DNA from: a virus
Taxonomy: Duplodnaviria; Caudoviricetes
Virus record (IMG/VR): IMGVR_UViG_3300029448_000115
Coordinates: 1 to 39,553 of that record
DNA length: 39,553 nucleotides
Direction: 5' to 3' (one strand)
Shown here: positions 9,705-17,304 of the stretch, piece after piece
Layout of the letters: each line of letters begins with the position of its first letter
How positions within the stretch are numbered: position 1 is the stretch's first letter
The notes under the pieces: model-generated
The model's input: only the letters and a program-made list of their open reading frames with translations
The model's database searches: none
Told to the model about the DNA's origin: nothing
Made by a program: the position numbers and the translations under genes

Positions 9705-10802
9705 ATGGCTAATGTAGAAATAAAAAATCCTAGATTTTATTGCGATGTTATCAGTTCACATATTGCAAAAGGCGTTGCTCAAAATAGTGAATTTGACGTA
9801 ACTGCTACAGGCAGCGGCTTTATTGGCTTACAAAACGGAACTGAGGCAGAATTGTTTGATAACAGACCTTTAAATCAGGTTGATTTTGATACATCAAATG
9901 ATACTGATGGACATGTTTTAATTACAATTGATCTTCAAACAGCTCATAGAATTAATTTTATAAGCATTTTAAATCACAATATGAAATCAGCTGATTGCAA
10001 AGTAAGAATATTTGCAGGGAATGAATCGTCAGATATTACTACTGTAGATGGAGGCGCTGCTGATACCTCAGATATAGACTGGAGCGCTGTTACATTGACA
10101 CAAGTTGTAAATGCAGATTATCTTGCTAATGATGGTGATTTAAAATCAGCAGTCGTACTTCCTAACGCCGATGGATCAACTGTTTTTACTTTTACAAACA
10201 CTAATCTTAGGTATTGGGGTATTCAATTTGAAGGTAGTACTACAGAAGGATCAGATACGTCTAAAGCCGCCCTTTTTGATGGCACGACAGATTTAAAAAT
10301 TGGATGTATTCAAATGGGGGCTTTTTATGATATGCCTCATTCGCCTGATATGACATTAGCAAGATCAATTAACTTTGATCAAAATAAAATATTTAAATCG
10401 TTAGGTGGTCAAAAATATGGACTTAGTACAAATCTTGGTAAGCATGCCAGCAGCACATCTAAATCACCATTTTTGACTACTGCTACAGCTTCTGATTCTT
10501 TTATGGGTAGAACGTCTTATGATTTAGCATTTAGCTACATTCAAGATACCGATTTACTTCCAGCAGAATACATAAATTTATCCTCCTTGCATACATCTAC
10601 AGATAGAAGCTTTATTATGGATGTTTGGAATGTAACGATGGGCAATTTATTGCCGTTTACTTTTTCTGTAGATAATAGCTCTGCTGGAACAAATGCTGAG
10701 TCTGAATTGATATTTGCAAGGTTTGATTCAAGCTCTATAGATATGAAGCAAATAGCTCACAAACTTTATAATATTAGATTAAAAATTACTGAGGAACTAT
10801 AA
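9705..10802 (+). CDS. Tail protein with carbohydrate-binding-like insert and Dit-like C-terminus
   Basis: ILNHN, LRYWGI, LKIG motifs; C-terminal SLGG..., YDLAFSY, LPF.F, YNIRLKITEE pattern; last gene of the tail operon. Confidence 0.55.
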   Translation: MANVEIKNPRFYCDVISSHIAKGVAQNSEFDVTATGSGFIGLQNGTEAELFDNRPLNQVDFDTSNDTDGHVLITIDLQTAHRINFISILNHNMKSADCKVRIFAGNESSDITTVDGGAADTSDIDWSAVTLTQVVNADYLANDGDLKSAVVLPNADGSTVFTFTNTNLRYWGIQFEGSTTEGSDTSKAALFDGTTDLKIGCIQMGAFYDMPHSPDMTLARSINFDQNKIFKSLGGQKYGLSTNLGKHASSTSKSPFLTTATASDSFMGRTSYDLAFSYIQDTDLLPAEYINLSSLHTSTDRSFIMDVWNVTMGNLLPFTFSVDNSSAGTNAESELIFARFDSSSIDMKQIAHKLYNIRLKITEEL

Positions 10803-10842
10803 GCCCAGCGGCGCGTTTAAACGGATTATCCCTCCGCCATTT

Positions 10843-10968
10843 TTACGTGCCAAAGGGCTTTACTATTATTTTTAAAAGCTCCATAAGTACTAGGCTAACA
10901 CATAAAGCGATCAAATACATAGCGCAAAACGCTCCTAACGTATCAAATAGTTTATCTACGCAGTTCAT
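10843..10968 (-). CDS. 41-aa single-TM peptide (not in ORF track)
   Basis: MNCVDKLFDTLGAFCAMYLIALCVSLVLMELLKIIVKPFGT*; start overlaps the stop of 10968-11195 (TAATG). Confidence 0.55.
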   Translation of the reverse strand: MNCVDKLFDTLGAFCAMYLIALCVSLVLMELLKIIVKPFGT

Positions 10969-11195
10969 TATTTATTTCTCCAATGATCTTTATGTACTTT
11001 TTCATAATATCTACCTAAATAATACAAATCATTTTTCATATCAAAACCAGCATGGGCATCTTTCCATAATTTAATTAGATTATAAAAATTCCTATCTGCT
11101 TCTGTAGTCTCAGGATGATTATAATCAATATCATTATATATTTCCCATATAGTGCAGTTATTAATATTCTTTCTATCTTTATTTAGTAACTTCAT
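10968..11195 (-). CDS. Hypothetical protein
   Basis: AAAGGG RBS, part of the leftward operon from the promoter at 11540-11569. Confidence 0.65.
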   Translation of the reverse strand: MKLLNKDRKNINNCTIWEIYNDIDYNHPETTEADRNFYNLIKLWKDAHAGFDMKNDLYYLGRYYEKVHKDHWRNK

Positions 11196-11209
11196 TATTT
11201 TCCCTTTTT

Positions 11210-11494
11210 CTAAAATCCAAATTCTGCTTTTGTTTCATCCATCATTCGCTTCCGCGCGTGGTGAATTTCATCAGGACTATACCATTCATCATAATAATCA
11301 CTAATTATGCAGCACTCAGCATATATTTTTGGCAACTTATAAAGGTTCGCTTTTACATACTTGCCATTATGCTCAATGTGACAAACCTCTCCCCAATGAA
11401 CAAGATCACCATTATCTTTAACATAGACACACCCATAATCAACAAAAGGGATTTCATAGCCTTTCAACATATCTATTATTTCTGATTTTTTCAT
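11210..11494 (-). CDS. Hypothetical protein
   Basis: AAGGAG RBS, first gene after the leftward promoter. Confidence 0.7.
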   Translation of the reverse strand: MKKSEIIDMLKGYEIPFVDYGCVYVKDNGDLVHWGEVCHIEHNGKYVKANLYKLPKIYAECCIISDYYDEWYSPDEIHHARKRMMDETKAEFGF

Positions 11495-11539
11495 TTTATT
11501 TCTCCTTATTTTCTTTAACTAACATCATAACCTATAACA

Positions 11540-11569
11540 ATTCTAACATATATTATATATACATGTCAA
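11540..11569 (-). promoter_or_regulatory. sigma70-type promoter TTGACA-N18-TAGAAT (extended -10 TGn)
   Basis: Minus strand reads TTGACA TGTATATATAATATATGT TAGAAT TGTTAT; same architecture as 17064, 18424 and 20006. Confidence 0.8.
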
Positions 11570-11638
11570 GAAATATTAAAAAATAATATAACAATTATTT
11601 TACTTGTTTTATTTGTTATATGTTTTATAGGTTGCAAT

Positions 11639-11764
11639 ATGATTATATACGAAATAATAGCAAATATCTTTATACTGGCAATATCAATAGTGCTGCTGGG
11701 CGTGGGATCATTTGTCTTTTATATTTTAATAAACGAAATACTAAGGGGAATCTATGGAAAATAA
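11639..11764 (+). CDS. 41-aa single-TM peptide (not in ORF track)
   Basis: MIIYEIIANIFILAISIVLLGVGSFVFYILINEILRGIYGK*; overlaps the start of the RHH gene. Confidence 0.45.
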   Translation: MIIYEIIANIFILAISIVLLGVGSFVFYILINEILRGIYGK

Positions 11765-11909
11765 ACCAGTTACAGGGTATAGGCTGCAAATTATCGGCCT
11801 TGATCCTGATTTAAGGGCTAACTTTCTTTCTTTGTGTAAAAAGAATGGAATTAGTGGATCAGGATTATTGAAACAGTTTATGGCTGATTATGTAAAACAG
11901 AATGCTTGA
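11754..11909 (+). CDS. Ribbon-helix-helix (Arc/CopG-like) DNA-binding protein, 51 aa (not in ORF track)
   Basis: MENKPVTGYRLQIIGLDPDLRANFLSLCKKNGISGSGLLKQFMADYVKQNA: beta strand, helix, G-x-S turn, helix. AAGGGG RBS; overlaps the next ATG. Confidence 0.75.
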   Translation: MENKPVTGYRLQIIGLDPDLRANFLSLCKKNGISGSGLLKQFMADYVKQNA

Positions 11910-12258
11910 GCCAAGTAAAAAACGAACAACAAAAGTAAAGCAATATATGGATCGCGTATGTGGCTTATTGCAAAGAAACTCATCGAGAGACTTGCCAATA
12001 AAATCATATATTATACAGCGGACTTTTGATATTTCTGATATTGTAGTTCGTCAAATAATTGGTAAATTAAGAGATAAGGGGCATCCAGTAGCAAGTGGAA
12101 AATCAGGCTTTTGGTATGCTCGGAATGCAAATGATTTACAATCAACAATAGACGAATTGACTGATCGTATGAGTGTCATGAGTAGGCGAAAGCAGATGCT
12201 GTTAAAAGCTCAGAACAACCTACTTGTAGAGGCTGATGGTCAATTAAAATTATTATAG
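11902..12258 (+). CDS. Winged helix-turn-helix DNA-binding protein
   Basis: FDISDIVVRQIIGKLRDKGHPVASGKSGFWYA HTH-plus-wing pattern, then a coiled helix. Confidence 0.75.
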   Translation: MLEPSKKRTTKVKQYMDRVCGLLQRNSSRDLPIKSYIIQRTFDISDIVVRQIIGKLRDKGHPVASGKSGFWYARNANDLQSTIDELTDRMSVMSRRKQMLLKAQNNLLVEADGQLKLL

Positions 12259-12266
12259 GAGGGAAT

Positions 12267-13229
12267 ATGTCCACAAATAAAGAAGTTAAGGATCAGCTGA
12301 GGGCGGCAACGCCTAGTGATCGCGTTAAGTTTAGAATAGGTAGAAAATATGCTCAGAATAAAAGAGCGCACATGCTGGCTTATGTAGATGCTAGGTACGT
12401 TCAAGATAGGCTTGATGATACTGTTGGTACAGAGAATTGGAGCAATAGTTTTGCTGTCATAGATAATACATTATTTTGCTCTATTACAGTTAATTTTCCT
12501 GATGGAGAATCTGTTACTAAGTCTGATTGCGGTACTGAATCAAATGTTGAAAAAGAAAAAGGTGAAGCATCTGATGCGTTTAAGCGCGCAGCTGTAATGC
12601 TTGGTATTGGAAGAGATTTATACGAAATTGCAAATAAATTTAATATGCATGCTGATTTAAATGATGCTGGCTATCCGCCAAATAATTGGTCTCCGCAAGG
12701 CTGGGGCGATCATAACCACAAAGAACAACGTCATGTTCAGGCTGAAAAAGAGCCTACTTCTCATAAGCCCCAGCCGACCATCAAAAAAGAAGAGCCTGTA
12801 GAACAAGAGAAACAAAGCGATTTACAAAGCTTTGCCGATAGTATAGTTGAGAAACATGAGCCAAACGCTCCTGATGACACCGCTGTAAAGCCTACTTTTG
12901 TTAATGAAAAACCTATGCCAAAGCAAGAATCTAATACTGAATATGTTACGATTAAGAATTTGAGGTTAGATCATGAAACTGAGAAATCAAGGTTGTTAGT
13001 TCCAAGTACTATTGCAAAAGGTTCTGAAGAGGCAAAAGGAAATACTTATTGGCTTACAAAGCAGCACACAAAAGAGCTTATAAGAATGAATAGCGGATTA
13101 TATACAGCTATAGTAAAAGAATGGATTATAAAAGAAAAGCCTTATGAGTTTGAGCCTTTTGATCAAGAAGTTGTTCATAAAATGATTGAGGAAGAGTCGC
13201 AAAAAGATCAAAATGATCCGCCGTTTTAA
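12267..13229 (+). CDS. sak: Rad52/Rad22-family single-strand annealing protein (Sak-like) with C-terminal extension
   Basis: LAYVDARYVQDRLD..VG.ENW and KGEASDAFKRAAVMLGIGRDLY signatures; AGGAGG RBS. Confidence 0.9.
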   Translation: MSTNKEVKDQLRAATPSDRVKFRIGRKYAQNKRAHMLAYVDARYVQDRLDDTVGTENWSNSFAVIDNTLFCSITVNFPDGESVTKSDCGTESNVEKEKGEASDAFKRAAVMLGIGRDLYEIANKFNMHADLNDAGYPPNNWSPQGWGDHNHKEQRHVQAEKEPTSHKPQPTIKKEEPVEQEKQSDLQSFADSIVEKHEPNAPDDTAVKPTFVNEKPMPKQESNTEYVTIKNLRLDHETEKSRLLVPSTIAKGSEEAKGNTYWLTKQHTKELIRMNSGLYTAIVKEWIIKEKPYEFEPFDQEVVHKMIEEESQKDQNDPPF

Positions 13230-13234
13230 TATAA

Positions 13235-13504
13235 GTGGCAAGAGGGAAATACATCATCGTGCCTGCTGAGGTTAGGTACAACAAGCAACTGGCCGCTGGT
13301 GCGAAGCTGCTCTTTGGTGATTTGGCTGTGTTAGCTAAAAACAAAGGGTATGTATTTGCTACCAACGGCTATATTGCTAAAACAATTGGCTGCACAGAGA
13401 TCACTGTAAGCAATTGGATCAGTCAATTAAAGAAGTCAGGTCATGTTTCTATAAAATACAATCCACATAGGCAGATATATGTCAAAAGTTATAGCAAAAG
13501 TTGA
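13235..13504 (+). CDS. HTH_36-type phage replication-initiator N-terminal winged-helix domain, stand-alone 89 aa
   Basis: IVPAEVRY...L..GAKLLFG.L..L..KGY.FATN.YIA......TVS.WIS.L...G is the N-terminus of lambda O/DnaD-like phage initiators. Confidence 0.8.
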   Translation: MARGKYIIVPAEVRYNKQLAAGAKLLFGDLAVLAKNKGYVFATNGYIAKTIGCTEITVSNWISQLKKSGHVSIKYNPHRQIYVKSYSKS

Positions 13505-13640
13505 TTTAGACTGGGATCATACAAATTCTAAAAACTGTTCGATCAGCAGCACGTATTTGCCTGATGAATGGAGAAAGTCTTATTACATAACTGGTATGCC
13601 TATCGGTTATTATTTACAATTCACATACACGGAGGAATAA
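13479..13640 (+). CDS. 53-aa hypothetical protein (not in ORF track)
   Basis: MSKVIAKVDLDWDHTNSKNCSISSTYLPDEWRKSYYITGMPIGYYLQFTYTEE* fills the gap between HTH_36 and the resolvase. Confidence 0.5.
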   Translation: MSKVIAKVDLDWDHTNSKNCSISSTYLPDEWRKSYYITGMPIGYYLQFTYTEE

Positions 13641-13642
13641 AT

Positions 13643-14098
13643 ATGATATCAATCGGAATAGATGTTGGTAAGAGCGGCGGAGTAGCAATTATCGACTCAA
13701 TCAAAAGTGAAAATGCACCTATTACAGCGGTTAAATGTCCTGAAACAGTTGCTGATATGAGCAAATTGATCACATGGCACAAATGGGATTGTCGCGATCT
13801 ATTATGCGTTATCGAAAAAGTACACAGCATGCCGAAACAAGGCGTAAAATCAATGTTTACATTTGGCAAGAACTTTGGCCAGTGGTTAGGTATCTTAGCA
13901 GCGTTTGAGATACCCTATATTGAGGTCACACCGCAGAAATGGATGAAGTACTATGGAGCTATGCCTAAAGATAAAAAGGAGCGTAAAACGCATTTAAAGC
14001 ATTTGGCACAATCTTTATATCCAAGTATTAATGTAACTTTATATACAGCTGATGCAATATTAATGGCACATTATTGTAAACAAGAGCTGAATATATGA
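13643..14098 (+). CDS. RuvC-like Holliday junction resolvase (start corrected from 13568)
   Basis: IGIDVG, CVIEKV, GVKSMFTFG, VTPQKW, ADAILMA with the acidic residues intact; GGAGG RBS at 13631. Confidence 0.88.
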   Translation: MISIGIDVGKSGGVAIIDSIKSENAPITAVKCPETVADMSKLITWHKWDCRDLLCVIEKVHSMPKQGVKSMFTFGKNFGQWLGILAAFEIPYIEVTPQKWMKYYGAMPKDKKERKTHLKHLAQSLYPSINVTLYTADAILMAHYCKQELNI

Positions 14099-14310
14099 AA
14101 GAAAGATACTTTAAAAATTGGAAGTACGGAATGGATGCAGATATTAATTGTTTGCTGGCAAATGAATTATACATAAAACACAGGAGAGATTTATTCAGAA
14201 AGCATAAAAATGGTTGGTGGTATTATTATGGTAATAAGCAAGGCCGTAGTAGGAAACAAGATGGCCATGTTGAGTATATGAGATCTATAGTAATTGATTA
14301 TGAAGGATAA
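14095..14310 (+). CDS. Hypothetical protein
   Basis: ATGA overlap with the resolvase stop. Confidence 0.6.
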   Translation: MKERYFKNWKYGMDADINCLLANELYIKHRRDLFRKHKNGWWYYYGNKQGRSRKQDGHVEYMRSIVIDYEG

Positions 14311-14548
14311 TATAAAAGAACTGATCCAGCTGCATGCTGATGATCCTATTAAATTAGATGATGAATATGATAATTGTATTGTTGGCGTTCATACAGATGG
14401 GATGCTTGTATATGATGCTTTAAAGATCATTGATGCATTACAGGTTATTGAGCAGATGACAGAAGATGAGGCAGTGGAACATTTCTATTATAACATTGAA
14501 TGCACCCAGCATAGCGGTGGCAGGCCTATCTACATATTTACAGAGTAA
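14294..14548 (+). CDS. Conserved phage hypothetical protein
   Basis: YD.CIVG, LVYD..KII, MT.DEA.E.F.YNI...P pattern familiar from aquatic phages; true start probably ATG at 14300. Confidence 0.65.
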   Translation: MIMKDNIKELIQLHADDPIKLDDEYDNCIVGVHTDGMLVYDALKIIDALQVIEQMTEDEAVEHFYYNIECTQHSGGRPIYIFTE

Positions 14549-14557
14549 GGTATACCT

Positions 14558-14656
14558 ATGGAATTAAGCGAGTGTTGTGATGCTAAGATCATATATAGCG
14601 ATATATGTAGTGAATGTATGCTGCATTGTGGTATCTATGAAGAGGAAGAAGATTAA
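14558..14656 (+). CDS. 32-aa Cys-rich zinc-binding peptide (not in ORF track)
   Basis: MELSECCDAKIIYSDICSECMLHCGIYEEEED*, TAAGG RBS. Confidence 0.6.
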   Translation: MELSECCDAKIIYSDICSECMLHCGIYEEEED

Positions 14657-14742
14657 AGGGTTAAGCTGCTGAGATAATAACTCAGGGTATTGATGTAAGC
14701 CATGCTTGAAGATCAGAACAAATGTTAATCAGTTTAGCCCTT
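14656..14742 (+). ncRNA. Candidate structured RNA (13-bp closing stem with inner hairpin)
   Basis: AAGGGUUAAGCUG pairs fully with CAGUUUAGCCCUU using two G-U pairs; inner CUGAG-7nt-CUCAG hairpin. Confidence 0.4.
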
Positions 14743-14747
14743 AAAAG

Positions 14748-14900
14748 TTATCCACATAGTTATACACATAGTTTAAAGAAAAGTATAAATAGGTTTAAAA
14801 GAATTTATAAGGCAGCCTTAAAGAAAACTTTAAACATATATATATAATATATAAATATAATAAATAAATATATATTTAAGCAGATCAGAATTGTGGATAA
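14748..14900. other. Putative replication origin: 3 DnaA boxes, 3 iterons, AT-rich unwinding element
   Basis: TTATCCACA 14748-14756, TTATACACA 14760-14768, inverted TGTGGATAA 14892-14900; 20-bp repeats at 14771, 14793 and 14816 (inverted); pure A/T tract about 14836-14879. Confidence 0.8.
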
Positions 14901-15104
14901 CTACTTAGTTAATAGCTTTTGTCTATTATTATATATCTTTCTAAAGTGTTCTATTAACTTCTCTAATCTGTTAATAGGTACGTCTTGCAGACTCTTATCT
15001 CCAAACCATGTATGCTTTATTAACCATGTATCTTGTATTCCTAAATGATATTGTGCTAATGCGTATTTCTTTATTAATTGATCTCTATATGTATCTATTT
15101 CCAT
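14901..15104 (-). CDS. Hypothetical protein
   Basis: 67-aa ORF ending exactly at the third DnaA box; no clear RBS. Confidence 0.5.
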   Translation of the reverse strand: MEIDTYRDQLIKKYALAQYHLGIQDTWLIKHTWFGDKSLQDVPINRLEKLIEHFRKIYNNRQKLLTK

Positions 15105-15406
15105 ATATTAAGTTAGGTTGTTTAAACGTTTTAAATGTCTTGATTTATCGGTCATTAACACGTACGGAGTGCTTTTTTTAAAGCTATTATTCTATGTCAT
15201 TATAACATATTATAACTATTCTAATTATTTTAAAATACTATGTCTTTATATTGTTATACTTACAAGATATGTACATGGCATATAACATGCATTATGTATA
15301 ATAGAGGGTGTATGGGGGTGATTGTACTATTGCCTGTGTGGGTAACCCAAATGCACAATATTAAAATATAACGTCAATTGAAAATGAACTTTTTTATAAT
15401 TAAGTT

Positions 15407-15592
15407 ATGCAACGTCAATATATGAGTAATAAAGAGAATCTAAGAATAAAGAAGATATCTGAGATCAATGTTTTGATTGAGGTTTTGACGTTTTATAAGT
15501 ACAATAATAAAAGAAAGATCATACTGGAAGAGAATATTGATGCCTTATTATCTAAATGCGCTGAATTACAGCACAGGATGTTAAATGAGTAG
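15407..15592 (+). CDS. Hypothetical protein
   Basis: Overlaps the start of the TerS-like gene; start may be 15422. Confidence 0.5.
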   Translation: MQRQYMSNKENLRIKKISEINVLIEVLTFYKYNNKRKIILEENIDALLSKCAELQHRMLNE

Positions 15593-16271
15593 TTTACCAG
15601 CCTATATAAAAAAATTAACGCCTATGCAGCAGCTAACGTGCGAAGTAATGGCTTCTAATCCTAATATTGGTACGAATGAAGTTGCTAAGATGGTTAATAT
15701 TAATCCTGAGACAGTAAGAAAGTATAAAAGAAATCCTCAGTTTAATGATGCTGTCTATAATCGTTTTATGGAAATATCAGGTGGCCGTTTGGTGCATGTC
15801 GTTGATTCTATGATCCGCGAAGCTTCGGAGGGAAACGTACAGGCGGCTACTTTGATTTTAAAGCACTACGGAAAATTAGAAGATAAGATCACATTAAGAA
15901 TTGAAAGCCCATTTGAGAAGTTTTTAAAAGTGGGTGATTTAACTGAGGCGGTTGTTGAAAATGAAGAAGCAGCAAAAGATGTTGCTAGTGAGTTTATTGG
16001 CGTAGATGTTGATCAGCTGCCGCCTCGTAATCCAGTTAATGATCAGCCGATCAAGCGCACGCGCAGCGAGAATAAAAAATTAAAAGAAATTAAACAAGAG
16101 AGCTACCAAGAAGATCACAGAAAAAAACGTAGAAACGAAGCTTATCTGTTGCGAAAACGCGCAGAGGCTGTTGGACTCAAACCACTAGGCGGCGGTAGAC
16201 AACGCGAAAACGTCAGGAAGGAATGGATCAAGGAACTACGCAAAAGAGAGAAGCTCGAAAAAAGTAAATAA
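15585..16271 (+). CDS. Putative terminase small subunit (N-terminal HTH)
   Basis: LT..QQ...EVAKMVNINPETVRKYKRNPQF HTH, A.EGNVQAA.L.L oligomerisation motif, basic C-terminus; last rightward gene before terL. Confidence 0.65.
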   Translation: MSSLPAYIKKLTPMQQLTCEVMASNPNIGTNEVAKMVNINPETVRKYKRNPQFNDAVYNRFMEISGGRLVHVVDSMIREASEGNVQAATLILKHYGKLEDKITLRIESPFEKFLKVGDLTEAVVENEEAAKDVASEFIGVDVDQLPPRNPVNDQPIKRTRSENKKLKEIKQESYQEDHRKKRRNEAYLLRKRAEAVGLKPLGGGRQRENVRKEWIKELRKREKLEKSK

Positions 16272-16296
16272 AAAAAAGGGGCTTGCGCCCCTCTTT
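16270..16296 (-). terminator. Rho-independent terminator (probably bidirectional)
   Basis: Minus strand AGGGGC-GCAA-GCCCC followed by T8, between convergent genes. Confidence 0.85.
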
Positions 16297-16316
16297 CTTA
16301 AAGCGTTTAAACAGCC

Positions 16317-16511
16317 TTATAAACCATGTAACGCTTCAGCGATCATCGCCTGACCAATTTCTTCAGCTATCTGATCTGCGCTTGGGCTTTTATCTAATAA
16401 GCCTTGCTCTATAGCTTCTGAAAGTGGGATCATATCAGAAGAGTTCCAAAACTCATCATCTGAAATTTTTCCCTGCTCCCATAATTGTGTCGGACTTTTT
16501 TTAATGCTCAT
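16317..16511 (-). CDS. Hypothetical acidic protein
   Basis: TAATG coupling to the upstream gene, AAAGGA RBS. Confidence 0.65.
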   Translation of the reverse strand: MSIKKSPTQLWEQGKISDDEFWNSSDMIPLSEAIEQGLLDKSPSADQIAEEIGQAMIAEALHGL

Positions 16512-16753
16512 TATAATTCCTTTCCGTTCATTTTAATGTAAGTACATCCAGCATTAGGCATTCCAAAATCATCAAGCGGCTCAAAACCATTATAATCGCC
16601 GTAGATCATGCCTTGATAATAACAGTTGTTATCGTCATCATACATTGTGAATATTTTAGAATTGCTTTTTAAGCTTTTATCACCGCAGCTGATCCCAACC
16701 TCATTACTCAAGCTGTCAATAAAAACTTTTGTTATTTTCCAGTAGTATTTCAT
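16511..16753 (-). CDS. Conserved phage hypothetical protein
   Basis: F.MYDDD...YY.G...FEPLDDFGMPNAGCT.I motif; GGAGG RBS favours the MKYYW start over 16765. Confidence 0.7.
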   Translation of the reverse strand: MKYYWKITKVFIDSLSNEVGISCGDKSLKSNSKIFTMYDDDNNCYYQGMIYGDYNGFEPLDDFGMPNAGCTYIKMNGKEL

Positions 16754-16754
16754 T

Positions 16755-17021
16755 TTAACCTCCATAAGCCTTTAAGTATAATTCAGCTAAACATTTTTTA
16801 TCATAATCTTCAACTGCTTTTTTAAGATCATCTCCATAATATTTCTTAGCTAATTTTTCAATAATTTTAATATCATCGCCAGCACTTTTGAACTTTGGCT
16901 GATAACTGATATACAAACTATGTAAATACTCAAGCAATGTCATTGGAGCAAAACCATATTCCTTGTCAATAATTATTTTATCGCCAACTATGCTTGCTGG
17001 AATACCTTGTAATCTTATCAT
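16755..17021 (-). CDS. Hypothetical protein (start corrected from 17057)
   Basis: GAGG RBS before ATG 17021, downstream of promoter 17064-17092. Confidence 0.65.
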   Translation of the reverse strand: MIRLQGIPASIVGDKIIIDKEYGFAPMTLLEYLHSLYISYQPKFKSAGDDIKIIEKLAKKYYGDDLKKAVEDYDKKCLAELYLKAYGG

Positions 17022-17063
17022 TTTTTCCTCACTTTTTTTATTAATAACCATAATCACATAACA

Positions 17064-17092
17064 AGTATAACAGTTATAACAACACTAAACAA
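17064..17092 (-). promoter_or_regulatory. sigma70-type promoter TTGTTT-N17-TATACT
   Basis: 17049-17093 is 38/45 identical to 18409-18453. Confidence 0.75.
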
Positions 17093-17100
17093 GAAAAACT

Positions 17101-17304
17101 TTATTTATTTTTAAAATATTTCATATCAAGTATTTGAACCACTCTAGGATCGCGCCGATCTTTTAAATATTTATTTAAAACAGCCTGTAGATCGCTAAAA
17201 AATTCTTTTAAGGTGTTACCTTTAGCATTAGTGAAATCAAAGCCGTGTTCAGTCTCATATTTGATCTCAGCATGGTATCTGAAATCATGGCCAACGCTAT
17301 CCAT
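17101..17304 (-). CDS. Hypothetical protein
   Basis: Overlaps the upstream gene; stops at the edge of the promoter cassette. Confidence 0.55.
   Translation of the reverse strand: MDSVGHDFRYHAEIKYETEHGFDFTNAKGNTLKEFFSDLQAVLNKYLKDRRDPRVVQILDMKYFKNK

Noticed and set aside
10803-11640. Lysogeny module or att site
   Set aside because: No tyrosine/serine recombinase, CI-like repressor or host genes recognisable anywhere in the window.
11620-11814. ORF-track 64-aa protein
   Set aside because: No RBS; it overlaps two better-supported ORFs (11639-11764 and RHH 11754-11909).
14656-14742. tRNA or hammerhead ribozyme
   Set aside because: No T-loop GTTC, D-loop or CCA; no CUGAnGA/GAAA core.
14722-14847. 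Short ORF reading through the DnaA boxes and iterons
   Set aside because: No RBS, low complexity; the sequence is explained by DNA motifs.
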